A DNA stretch of 64,000 nt from positions 13,206,001 to 13,270,000 of the forward strand of contig CM126220.1 of assembly GCA_052327205.1 (NCBI GenBank), given 5' to 3'. Positions 1 to 10,690 of the stretch are shown here, piece by piece; the first letter of the stretch is position 1; each line of letters begins with the position of its first letter. Made by a program: the position numbers and the translations under genes. Below the pieces are notes generated by a model. The model had not been told where the DNA came from, searched no databases, and saw nothing but the letters and a program-made list of their open reading frames with translations. Source of the stretch: Somniosus microcephalus. Lineage: Eukaryota.

Positions 1-605
1 ATGGTATGCCGGTGGTGGAGGGAGTGAATGATTAAGGCGGGGTGCTGATCAAGCGGACTGCTTTGTCCTGGATGGTGTCGAGCTTCTTGAGTGTTGTTGG
101 AGCTACACTCATCCAGGCAAGTTGAGAGTATTCCATCACACTCCTTACTTGTGCCTTTTGGGGGTGGAAAGGCTTTGGGGTGTCAGGAGGTGAGTCACTC
201 GCCCCAGAACACCCAGCCTCTGACCTGCTCTTATAGCCACAGTATTTATGTGGCTGGTCCAGTTAAGTTTCTCATCAATGGTGACCCCCAGGATGTTGAT
301 GGTGGGGGATTTGGTGATGGTAATGCCATTGAGTGTCAAGGAGAGGTGGTTAGACTCTCTCTTGTTGGAGATGGTCATTTCCTGACACTTGTATGGTGCG
401 AATGTTACCTGCCACTTATCAGCCCAAGCCTGGATGTTGTCCAGATCTTGCTGCATGTGGGCACAGACTGCTTCATTATCTGAAGAGTTACAAATGGAAC
501 TGAACACTGTGCAATCATCAGCGAACATTCCCACTTCTGACCTTATGATGGAGGGAAGATCATTGATGAAGCAGCTGAAGATGGTTGGACCTAGGACACT
601 GCCCT
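1..605 (-). mobile_element. Non-LTR retrotransposon (CR1/L2-group) reverse transcriptase fragment, degenerate
   Basis: Minus strand reads QGSVLGP...FINDLP...MFADDCTVF...QQDLDNIQAWADKWQVTF (ORF 145..534 plus upstream bases), matching RT motifs QG and FADD and the thumb region. Confidence 0.85.
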
Positions 606-880
606 GTGTATAGTACTGTAGTGGCTAAGGTACTGGACTAGCAACTCAGAGGTCATAAATTCAAATCTCACCATGGTAAGTTATTAAAACTGAATTCATG
701 AAATCTGGTGATTTATGGGTTAACGCCAGGAATAAAGTTGATCAAACTTCTGGATGGTCATAAGAATCCAACTGGTTCAGTAATGGCCTTCAGGAACATG
801 TGACCCTTAATGTTGTCTGAAGTGGCCTAGCAAGCTACTATGTTGTGAAGGTGGAAAATAATAAATAGTTGTATCCGCCA
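606..880 (+). mobile_element. Degenerate tRNA-derived SINE (same family as 53215-53582)
   Basis: GTAGTGGCTAAGGTACTGGACTAG...TTCAAATCTCACCA head, then aaatctgg, ctggttcagtaatg and ctgaagtggcc blocks shared with the minus-strand copy at 53.2-53.6 kb. Confidence 0.55.
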
Positions 881-979
881 TGCTAAATTGCAAGGTACAC
901 CAGGTCCCTGAATATGTCAATATCTCCCTGATCTCTTCAGATAGACTAATCAGTTGGAACCAGACTCTGGCAAGTGGGT

Positions 980-1265
980 CAATAGCCAGAGGTCATAGAT
1001 TTAAAATAATTGGCAAAAGAACTAGAGGCGAAATGAGGAGAATTTTTTTTCACACAGAGCGTTGTTAAGATCTGGAACGCACCACCTGACAAGGTGGTGG
1101 AATCAGATTCCATGGGAACTTTCAAAACGCAATTGGACATGTCTTTGAAGAGGACTAATTCGCAGGTTTATGGGGGAAAAGCTGGGGTGTGGGACTAAAT
1201 AGGCCAGCTCTTTGAAAGAGCGGGCACGGGCACGACCGGCCGAATTACCTCCTTCTGTGCTGTAA
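980..1265 (+). mobile_element. CR1 LINE 3' fragment
   Basis: Encodes RGHRFKIIGKRTRGEMRRIFF, the CR1 ORF2 C-terminus, followed by a 3' UTR ending ggccgaattacctccttctgtgctgtaa. Confidence 0.75.
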
Positions 1266-1270
1266 GATTA

Positions 1271-2075
1271 ACATAAGAACATAAGAAATAGGAGCAGGAG
1301 TAGGCCAATCGGCCCCTCGAGCCTGCTCCGCCATTCAATAAGATCATGGCTGATCTGACCCTAACCGCCAAGCTACTATCACAGAACCATCTCCTGAATC
1401 TAACAGAATTAGACACACGAAATAGGAGCAGGATCAGGCTACACGGCCCCTGGGCCCGCTCCGCTACCCACAGGGCCATGACCGATCCGAACCTAGACTC
1501 ATGTCCAAATTTCTGCCTGCTCCCCGTAACCCTTAATTCCCTTTACTTCTAGGAAACTGTCTATTTCTGTTTTAAATTTATTTAATGATGTAGCTTCTAC
1601 AGCTTTTTGGGGCAGCATATTCCATGGACCTACCACCCTCTGAGTGAAGTAGTTCCTCCTCATCTCAGTTTTGAAAGAGCAGCCCCTTATTCTAAGACTA
1701 TGCCCCCTAGTTCTAGTTTCACCCATCATCGGGAACATCCTCACCGCATCCACCCGATCCAACCCCTTCACAATCTTTTATGTTTCAATAAGATCGCCTC
1801 TCATTCTTCTGAACTCCAATGAGTAGAGTCCCAATCTACTCAACCTCTCCTCATATGTCCATCCCCTGATCCCCGGGATTAACCGAGTGAACCTTCTTTG
1901 TACTGACTCGAGAGCAAGTATGTCCTTTCTTAAGTATGGACACCAAAACTGTATGCAGTATTCCAGGTGCGGTCTCACCAATACCTTGTACAACTGAAGC
2001 AATACCTCCCTATTTTTATATTCTATCCCCCTAGCAATGAAAGCCAACATTCCATTGGCCTTCTTAATCACTTGC
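1271..2075 (-). mobile_element. CR1 LINE, 5'-truncated (ORF2 C-terminus, 3' UTR, tandem tail)
   Basis: ORFs 1778..2071 (LYKVLVRPHLEYCIQFW...LESVQRRFTRLIPG...YEERL) and 1499..1771 (TRTRGHSLRIRG...FTQRVV) are joined by a frameshift; TTCTTATGT-type tandem tail at 1271-1287. Confidence 0.92.
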
Positions 2076-2298
2076 TGATTCTAGCTACTTTGTTTTTTCA
2101 TTTGACCGGGTAAAAGGAATTTTAAATATGTATCTCTTAATAGAGCTGCCAATCAAAACCAACAGGGTGTTAGTATTTGAATTGAATGGCTCGGCCGTTC
2201 CCTTGGATATCTGACACAGGAATCATGTTTATATTCTGCGGCTATTGTGCATCAAAATAAGCTGGACAGTTTTCTGGGAGTGCACCTAGTTTTTTTTT

Positions 2299-2396
2299 CT
2301 GAAGAAGGGTTTCGACCTGAAACGTTGACTCTATTTCTCTCTCCACGGATGTTGCCTGGCCTGCTGAGTTTTTCCAGCGTTTTCTGTTGTTATTTC
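2299..2396 (+). mobile_element. Penelope-like terminal repeat half-copy with hammerhead-like core
   Basis: CTGAAGA-A-GGGT-TTCG-ACCT-GAAA-CGTT-GACT followed by the family body ctctctccacggatgttgcctggcctgctgagtttttccagc. Confidence 0.65.
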
Positions 2397-3023
2397 TAGT
2401 TTTTTTTAACCCTGTTTGCACTGTGGAAAAAAAACAATCCCGTGGCAAAATTGACAAGATGCTTCCTTTCTGTCACGGGCACAACCCGAGATCAATTAAT
2501 GGCTAATTGCTCTTTCTGTCAAACGTTTCTCTAAATTGGCAGCTGCTTGGCCCCTTTCCTTAGTGAGAAGTAACATCAGCTCACAATCAAGAGAAATCAG
2601 CAGGAAATAACTGTTGTTCTTTCTCATTTTTTAAAAAACGTTTTTGTTTAAAAAAAATTGCTCTCTTATGAATTGGTATTTTATACATAGCTGGACACGG
2701 GGAGTGCGATGGACATGCTAGGTGCAAGCCTTTATTTATGTATATATGACTTCTTGCAGGCAACTCCAACTCCAGTTGTTGTGGAGAGCTTCGCTGCTTT
2801 AGCGAGAACTACAAACATCTGCATTTAGTTGGCATGCTGGGAACATGATACTGACTTGCATACAGTGTGAAAGAAACTGATTGTGGGATGCAGTTATCAT
2901 TAAAACAACGTTATGTCAGGAATAATAGTGCTCTAATGAAAAGATTTCTGACTTAAGGAGGGGGGGGGCGGGAATTACAAGCATGAATGAGTCTTTTTTA
3001 CACACGACAGGAACAATATTACA

Positions 3024-3152
3024 GCAGCAAAATACTGCGGATGCTGGAAATCCGAAATAACAACAGAAAACGCTGGAAAAACTCAGCAGGCCAGGCAACA
3101 TCCGTGGAGAGCGAGACAGTTAACGTTTCGGGTCGAAGGCCTTCCGTCAGAA
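3024..3152 (-). mobile_element. Penelope-like terminal repeat half-copy
   Basis: Reverse complement of the same family body; degenerate core CTGACGG...CCCGAAACGTTAAC. Confidence 0.65.
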
Positions 3153-3514
3153 TAATATTACTGTGCATTTACACTTTACACTTTACACCGGCTCTTCCAA
3201 TCCTAATCTTTCTTCCGGATTTTGATACCAGTTTGCAGTCTTTTGATTTTCGGACACTTTGACATGACAAATATTAGAAAGATGCCCGTAACCATACTGT
3301 GTGCACTGCGGAAAACCGTGTTTAGACCTGAGGAACTGGGATCTGCAGTTTGGGTGAGAATCCCCTTAACTTCAGGTGTTTCGCTTCCAACATTCTGGGC
3401 GATCTGTATTCAGATCACTAGTGAGCGTCACTGTGTGCACACCAAGTGTAAACTACTTTATTGCAAAATTAAAGTTGGTGTTTTAATGCACCCCTTTACC
3501 GCAGGCAATTGTAA

Positions 3515-3700
3515 ACAGAATTCACCGCACAGAAACCGGCCATTCGGCCCAACTGGTTTGTGCTGTTGTTCATGCTCCACACGAGCCTCCTCCCACCCCT
3601 GTTTATCGAACCCTGTCAGCACATCAAACATTCCTGTCTTCCTCATGTATTTATCTAGCTTCCCCTTAAAGACATCTATGCCATTCGCCTCAACTACTAA
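3515..3700 (-). mobile_element. CR1 LINE 3' tail fragment
   Basis: VVEANGIDVFKGKLDKYMR plus ggccattcggccc terminal hairpin. Confidence 0.7.
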
Positions 3701-4019
3701 AGAGTGATTCCGCCTCCTGAAGATTTTAATTGGCTCCATCCTATAGTTCCCCACCCCCGGTCAGCTTTTGCTATCCAACTATGAAAGCCTCAGCAAATCT
3801 GTCCTATTTCTGCTTAAAATTCTTTTCTGTTGGTTTGGGCTTGCAGGTTTAGAAAAAGGCTGTTTTAGCGCGTTTTCCTCGTTGGTAGAAAGATCCAAAA
3901 TCAGAACAACAAGATTTGTTCCTATTAACAAGTTAAGATGTATGCAAATTATTGGGCCGATCACTGTCCGTACAGATGTGTAAAAGGCAGGTTAACGATG
4001 CAATGTCATTCACCTCAAT

Positions 4020-4317
4020 AGGCCTCTGAGTGAGAAGGTTCTGGGGTTTAAGCCCCACTCCCGAGACTCCAACACAAAATCCAGGCCGACACCTCACTGC
4101 GCTAAACTCAGGTCCTGTCTGCCTTCTCCGGTGGAACTAAAAGATCCCACAGTTCTATTCCAAGAAGAGCCGAGGAATTCTCCCAGGTGTCCTGGCCAAT
4201 ATTTATCACTCAAAACAAAACACCTTAAAAAGATGATCTCATTGCTGTTTGTTTGTGGGAGCTTGCTGTGCGCACTCACTGACCGCTGCGTGTCCCTCAT
4301 TACAACAGTGAACACAT
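4020..4317 (+). mobile_element. Deu-type SINE, internally deleted (left arm of an inverted duplication)
   Basis: ctctgagtgagaaggttctggggtttaagccccactcc head remnant and tgtttgtgggagcttgctgtgcgca 3' block. Confidence 0.7.
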
Positions 4318-4435
4318 TTCCCACTCTATAGGTGGCTGGGAGGCTCCATGGCGGTCCAGCAAGACAAAAGGTGGACAGCCTTGCCTTCGATTACAACTTA
4401 GTTTGTTATTCACAAAGTTACAGTAACAGAGCACG

Positions 4436-4449
4436 CCGCTAGATGGCAG
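4436..4449 (+). promoter_or_regulatory. CTCF-like motif
   Basis: CCGCTAGATGGCAG closely fits the CTCF core CCASYAGRKGGCRS. Confidence 0.4.
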
Positions 4450-5481
4450 GCGTTGGTAATTTTCTAAGAGCCCGCAGTGGTTTAGGTATCTACACATCAT
4501 CGATCTCCTACAGCACAGGTTGTGGTATATTAATACATGTTTCATTTAGAATGTGTCAAGGAGCGGCAACAATTGAGATGCAACTAGGCGTTGTACACCT
4601 TCAAAGAGTGACCGCCCCTATCTTTGATCTGTACCTGGAACATGGTTTATTTCTAGATTTGATCTCAAACTTCCTCCCTCCTTTTATTCCCCAGAGATTG
4701 GATCCGATCTGAAGTTAATTTCAGTGAATCGCCGAGTTCTGTTATAGCTGATCGGAACTCGCTCTATTCTTAAGTGGGCCGCACCTTAAGTTTCAAATAA
4801 TCTCAGGTGCTCTTGTGAAACAACCGTATTGGGGGGAAATGCCCAATCTTTGAAGATCTTGCAGCGGGAGCACTTCGACTTCAACACTAAATCTAAACTC
4901 TGCTCAACTTCCAACTCTCAACAAAAAAAACCCACCAAATACAGCCTCGGCCAAAACCAGGCCACAGAAACATTGTTATTCTCAGTAGCTGGTGTAAGCG
5001 ATGTCACCTCAACTGATTAAAACACTTGGTGAACACAACAGTCAGTGAAACTCACAGATTGTGTGGCCTTTGAGCCCTGCCCTCGGTACTAAATGTTCTA
5101 TTACTGCTTTGTGAAAAACAAAAAAAAATGAACGGAATTCCCAGAGAGATTGATAATTGTTATCGGATTGGATGTTAATGGATTTATTGTATTGAAGTCC
5201 CATATTAGATTTCCGGCAGCTGGTTTGTCTCTTGTAGTTTGCAACATTCCGTTTCCCCGGCCCTCTCACAGACTCTGTATAGTGGTGCACCACAGACCCT
5301 CCATTGCCAATTTTCTAATGAACTTGTTCACATTTGTTTTAAAATGTAATGTTATTGTAACATCTGGTTAGTAATGGCGCCAGTTGCTGAACTGGGTCAT
5401 TGAACGAAATACTTGCATCTATAGAGCGCCTTTCAGGAACTCTCTCCCAAAGTGCTTTACAACCAATTAGGTCCTTTTTGA

Positions 5482-6051
5482 TAGCAAAATACTGCAGATG
5501 CTGGAAATCCGAAATAACAACAGAAAATGCTGGAAAAACTCAGCAGGCCAGGCAACATCCGTGGAGAGAGAAATAGAGTCAACATTTCAGGTCCTGTAGA
5601 AGGGGTTCGGCCTGAAACGGGTTTCGACCTGAAACGTTGATTCTGTTTCTCTCTCCACGGATGTTGCCTGGCCTGCTGAGTTTTTCCAGCATTTTCTGTT
5701 GTTATTTCGGATTTCCAGCATCCGCAGTATTTTGCTATCGTACTAGTGTTTGGTTCACTGCCACACCTCTTCTAGGTATGCCTACCTTGAAGAAGTTCTG
5801 CTCTTCTCTTCGACGGGATCTCCGTTTGGCTCTTCAACCTTGTTCATCTTCATTGCTTTCAGTTTCCCTTCTCGTGTTTGATCAGGTATCTGCCAAGACT
5901 GGGTTTCACAGCCACATCATTTTCCTCAGCAACTGTCTCTGGTTCCGAGGTCCTGACGAAGGGTCTTCGACCTGAGACGTTGACTCTGTTTCTCTCTCCA
6001 CGGATGTTGTCTGGCCTGCTGAGTTTTTCCAGCATTTTCTGTTGTTATTTC
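5482..6051 (+). mobile_element. Penelope-like element remnant: inverted terminal repeat, terminal repeat with ORF start, and a truncated tandem copy
   Basis: Palindrome 5481-5738; ATG at 5778 opens MPTLKKF...FHSHIIFLSNCL; second hammerhead-like core at 5953; flanked by ggtcctttt(t)ga direct repeats. Confidence 0.65.
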
Positions 6052-6063
6052 GGTCCTTTTGAC

Positions 6064-6350
6064 ATGTGTTCACTGTTGTAATGTGGGAAACCCAGCAGTC
6101 AGTGTGCGCACAGCAAGCTGCCACAAACAGCGATGACATCATCTTTTTAAGGTGTTGTTTGGGTGATAATTATTAGCCGGGACACCTGGGAGAATTCCAC
6201 GGCTCTTTGTGGAATAGAACTGTGGGATCTTTTAGTTCCACCGGACAGGGCAGACAGGACCTCAGTTCAGCGCAGTGAGGTGTTGGCCTGGATTTTGTGT
6301 TGGAGTCTCGGGAGTGGGGCTTGAACCCCAGAACCTTCTCACTCAGAGGC
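6064..6350 (-). mobile_element. Deu-type SINE, internally deleted (right arm of the inverted duplication; its tail lies at 5405-5481)
   Basis: Reverse complement of 4020-4317; the tail acttgcatctatagagcgcc is separated from it by the Penelope-like insertion. Confidence 0.7.
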
Positions 6351-6586
6351 CTATTGAGGCAAATGACATTGAATCGTTAACCTGCCTTATACACATCTGT
6401 AAGGACAGTGATCTGCCCAGAGGGACCTCCCATCCTCAGTAAAGATACAGCCCGAGTTCAGGGAACATCAGACTGGAAGGACGAGGCAAAGTGCCTTCAA
6501 GGTGCTTGGTTGTATTGGCCTTGCCGAATTGGAAAGGCTACCTCTTAATTGTACCAGTGTGGTGTCCGAGAAAATGTTGAGGCTTA

Positions 6587-7031
6587 AAGAAAAAAAAGAC
6601 TTGTATTTCTATAGCGCCTTTCACAACATCAGGAAGTCCCAAAGTGCTTTACAGCCAATGATGTACTTTTTGAAGGGTGGTCACTGTTGTAATGTGGGAA
6701 ACGCGGCAGCCAATTTGCGCACAGCAAGCTCCCACAAACAGCAATGTGATAATGACCAGATTTTAGTGTTGTAGGTTGAAGGATAAATATTATCCAGGCC
6801 GTCGGGGAGAACTCCCCTGTTCTTCTTTGAAATAGTGCCATGGGATCTTTTAAGTTCCCCTAAGAGGGAAGAAATTTTATCCGAAAGACAGCACCTCGGA
6901 CAGTGCAGCACTCCCTCAGCGCTGCACTGGAGTGTCAGCCTGGATCGTTGTGCTCAAGTCTCTGGAGTGGGACTATGAACCCACAACCTCCTGACTCAGG
7001 CGAAGAGTGCTACCCACTGAGCCACGGCTGA
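6587..7031 (-). mobile_element. Near full-length tRNA-derived Deu-domain SINE (SacSINE1/AmnSINE1-like)
   Basis: A box TGGCTCAGTGG, B box GGTTCATAGTCC, central gagggagtgctgcactgtccgaggtgc domain and tail aaaggcgctatagaaatacaagtc. Confidence 0.8.
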
Positions 7032-8794
7032 CTAGATTATTACTCTAGATGTGATGGAATTAGTGAAGTGTTGCCCATCAACTAGTCATTGCTAAATACT
7101 GTTGGTATAATAGCCATCACCGTTTTATGTCCATACTTCTGAAATATCGATTTAAAAAATAACGATTGAAGTAATTTAGATCACAGATGTTGAAGGATAC
7201 AGCAACTGGCCCACAGCAGTGAGCGATGGGACAACCTGCCTGTGGGATTAGTCGGACAAGCGCCATTGTGTTGTGTGAATGTTTATAATTGTGACGTAAT
7301 TCCACGTTATTTCACTAAAGATTTAAAAAGCGAGAGCAAAATCGTGCTAGAAAACGCCTCGTGGCAACAGGAGACGCAAATAAATGCAAGAGGGTAAAAT
7401 TGGGAGGTGGTCAGGGATTATTTTATCCTCTTGAAAATAGTGATATAATTAAAATGTTTTCTAAGCAACCGCACTTAAACAAAAGGCAATTTATAAGCTT
7501 TCTTCTCGAGCACAGCTAGGGCTGAGGTTGTTGATTAAAATCTTGCTGTAGTTTCAGTATTGAAGGTCGCGGCCACGCCTAAGGCAATGATATGTCGCTT
7601 GCGTTTAATTTATTGAGCTCTTACCTATTCTAATTACTTTTAGTTCATATCTTCGAGCGGTAAAGCGAGGTTCAAAGAGGCCAACAACAAAAAAAAACAG
7701 GGCAAGCGCAATTGGAAAACAATTATATTGGGGAGCGAATGCCAGCACTTGCCTTTTTAACAGGTCTGACAATGACTTTGCAAAGTGACAGCCAAATTTC
7801 ACTATTGTAAATCTGCATTATAAACTTCCCAACACATCATTCTAAAAGCACTGTTACAAGTAAAATGTATTATCAAAAATCTTCTAAGTATGGATTGAAT
7901 TATTTCAAAATTCTCAATTATCCAATGTTCTCTGAGACATTAATATGCATAAATTATTGTAAGAATCGCCGTATTTACTATCAGAGCTTTCTTTTATTTG
8001 GGTCGTTGGATCGGCGAAATACCTACAGCTTTCCAACCAGTGAATGTAATTCAAAGCAGAATTTTGTCTTTCGGTACAGTGAGATTAAATGGGTGGTTGG
8101 AACAGATATCATTTTTATCTGAATTACCAAAGATAAGCCCCCACGCCGTTTATAAAACTTTGCACAGTTCGATAATAATGGTACCCGGACTTCAAGGTGC
8201 AATTGATAAAATCTCACTTACTCTTGGTTGATTTTTTTAACACACACATCTCTCAGCCACACCTTGCTTTAGCGGTGATTGTTTTTGAACCCAGTGCTAT
8301 CTACGTTCAATGTGTTTTTGTCCCTCTTACAGGCTGTGTTCGGACCGGCACAGCTGAGAAATGAAAAGGAGAACAAACACAGCTGGACTTCAGGAGCGGA
8401 AGAGTTTATGCCGCTCAATGTGACCATCTTCCTGATGGGAGAAAATTGATTCCAACTCCATCTCACGCACAGGGAGCCCGATCCCAATCCCGGCTTTCCG
8501 TCTGCCTTTCCCTTTACAGGAAGGAGCTGGCAGGAGGACAAGAATTTTCCCACTATTCATCAGAACAGGGGGAGGGGGAGGGGGGGATGGAGAAGGCAGG
8601 AGCGGTGCTAAAGTTGCCTCAGCGCCTCACGGTGCAAGAACCCGCAGGAGGAGCAGGTCACCTTACACTTACTGTAAAAACAATCTTCGTTAGACAATGA
8701 AATCAGCTTTAATTTAAGAGATTGCAACTCAATAGCTCAGTAATAGTTTCCCGTTTCCATCATGGTACAGTTTCTTTATTTTTTCTCTCTTTAC

Positions 8795-9165
8795 CTCCGA
8801 CGCTGTCTGTCTCTGCGAGTCTCCGTTTCTATGTATCTGTCACTGTTGCTCTCTCTGTCTCTCCTGCACTCTGTCACTGTCTCTATCTCTGTCTCTCCTG
8901 CACTCTGTCTCTGTTGCTCTCTCTGTCTCTCCTGCACTCTGTCACTGTCTCTATCTCTGTCCCTGGCTATCATTCCCTCTCCCGCTCTCTCTTTCGGTCT
9001 CTCGCTGGCTCCTTTTCTGTCTGTCTCTCTAATCTGTCTCTCCTGCTCTCCCTGTATCCACATAATCTCTCCGCCTCTGTCTCTTTTTCACTCTGTCTCT
9101 CTCTCTCTCTCTCCGTGTCTTTCTGTCTCTCTTGTATTGTCACGCTTTCTCCCTCTCTATGCCCG

Positions 9166-9200
<35 letters not shown>
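8795..9200. repeat. CT-rich low-complexity repeat / microsatellite
   Basis: Repeated ctctgtctctcctgcactctgtcactgt units and (CT)n runs. Confidence 0.9.
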
Positions 9201-9202
<2 letters not shown>

Positions 9203-9753
9203 GTCAGTCTTTGGGAAAGTTTTTTTTAGAATGTAGGGGAAGAAAATCCAGATACTGCTCCACGTTTGTGTGCAGACAATGATTAATGCGGACAGGAGGG
9301 AAGATACTGCACATTGTATAATATATTTCCATTTCTCCTCGCCTTCCTCCCACAGTCTACAGAGTCTGAACCCAAACGTGGCTCCACAGATCGCAACTAC
9401 CCGACCTTGCGATCTACTCTTACCCCCTCAGTAATGTCCTGTATCATTGGCCCTTCACCAAGGCTGGGCGTATATTTAGTTTAAAGTGTTTGGATTGCAA
9501 CCAGTTTCAGATGCCCCGGGTATATCCTCGATTTTAAACAGCGAAAGGTGCGGATTTGCCTCTCTCACAGTCAAAGTCATGTTTGCAAACAGGGATCCGG
9601 TGTACGGCCCCGGGTTCGGGGCGATTTTGAAGACGGAATCACTGAATCGGACAGCAAACAGAATCTTTAAAATATGAATTAATCAAGGTCACATCACTGG
9701 CGATATTAAGTCGAAAGACTGAAGTATTTTTCATATCGATATCTTCAATAAGG

Positions 9754-9880
9754 CGAAAGGTCATCGACCTGAAACGTTAACTCTGTTTCTCTCTCCACAG
9801 ACGCTGCCTGACCTGTTGAGTATTCCCAGCATTTTCTGTTTATATTTCAGATTTCCAGCATCACAGTATTTTGTTTTTGT
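9754..9880 (+). mobile_element. Penelope-like terminal repeat half-copy (second subfamily)
   Basis: gaaaggtcatcgacctgaaacgttaactctg...gacgctgcctgacctgttgagtattcccagc. Confidence 0.6.
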
Positions 9881-10094
9881 CTTCAATACAGGCCTCTGAA
9901 AGGTGCAGAACGGAGACAGCGTGGACAGCACTGGGAGTCCTGTCTATATAATCCCACACACCAATAAACAGGCGGGTCCTGGGCTTGGAATTCAGTGTGA
10001 ATGCTTTTTTTAAAAAAAACATTTAAATAACTCTTTAAGTGTATGTGACAGTGTTCAATAATTAATATGAAAATATCTTCTATTCAGATGTATT

Positions 10095-10690
10095 ATATAG
10101 AACTACATAGCATTTACAGCACAGACACAGGCCATTCGGCCCAACAGCTCTGTGCCAGCGTCAATGCTCCACGGGAACCTCCTCCCACCCTCTTTATCTC
10201 ACCCCATCACCATATCCTTCTATTCCTTTCTCCCTCATGTACTTATCCAGCTTCCCCTTAAATGCATCTGTGCTATTCACCTTAACCTTGTGGTAGTGAG
10301 TTCCACATTCTAACCGCTCCACGGGTAAAGAACCCTCCCAGATCTCTGCGCTCCTCTAACTCTGGCCTCTTGAACATCCCCGATTTTAATCGCTCCACCA
10401 TTGGCGGCCGTGCCTTCAGCCACCTGAGGCCCTGAGCTCTGGAATTCCCTCCCTAAAGCTCTCCGCCTCACTACCCCTCTCTCCTCCTTTAATACGCTCC
10501 TTAACACCTGCCTCTTGCCCTAGCATCTGCTTAACTGGCTCGGTGTCAAATTTAGTTTGATAATTGCTCCTGTGAAGCATCTTGGGACATTTTACTGCGT
10601 TAAAGGCGCTATATAAATGCAAGTTATTGTTGATGTTTCTCCTGAATTCCCTACTGGGTTTATTAGTGACGATCTTATATTTATGGCCCC
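10095..10690 (-). mobile_element. CR1 3' fragment interrupted by an L2 3' end
   Basis: CR1 tail at 10095-10335 resumes near 10632-10690 (RGHKYKIVTNKPSREFRRN). Confidence 0.65.
10336..10631 (+). mobile_element. L2 LINE 3' end
   Basis: ggcggccgtgccttcagc...ctctggaattccctccc (GGRAFS...LWNSLP) and tail aaaggcgctatataaatgcaagttattgttg. Confidence 0.75.

Noticed and set aside
6950-7031. tRNA-like sequence (also 54244-54315 and 53510-53582)
   Set aside because: SINE heads with A/B boxes that run into SINE bodies; no complete cloverleaf seen.
8722-9282. Ser/Leu-rich ORFs of 155-186 aa
   Set aside because: Translation of the CT microsatellite.
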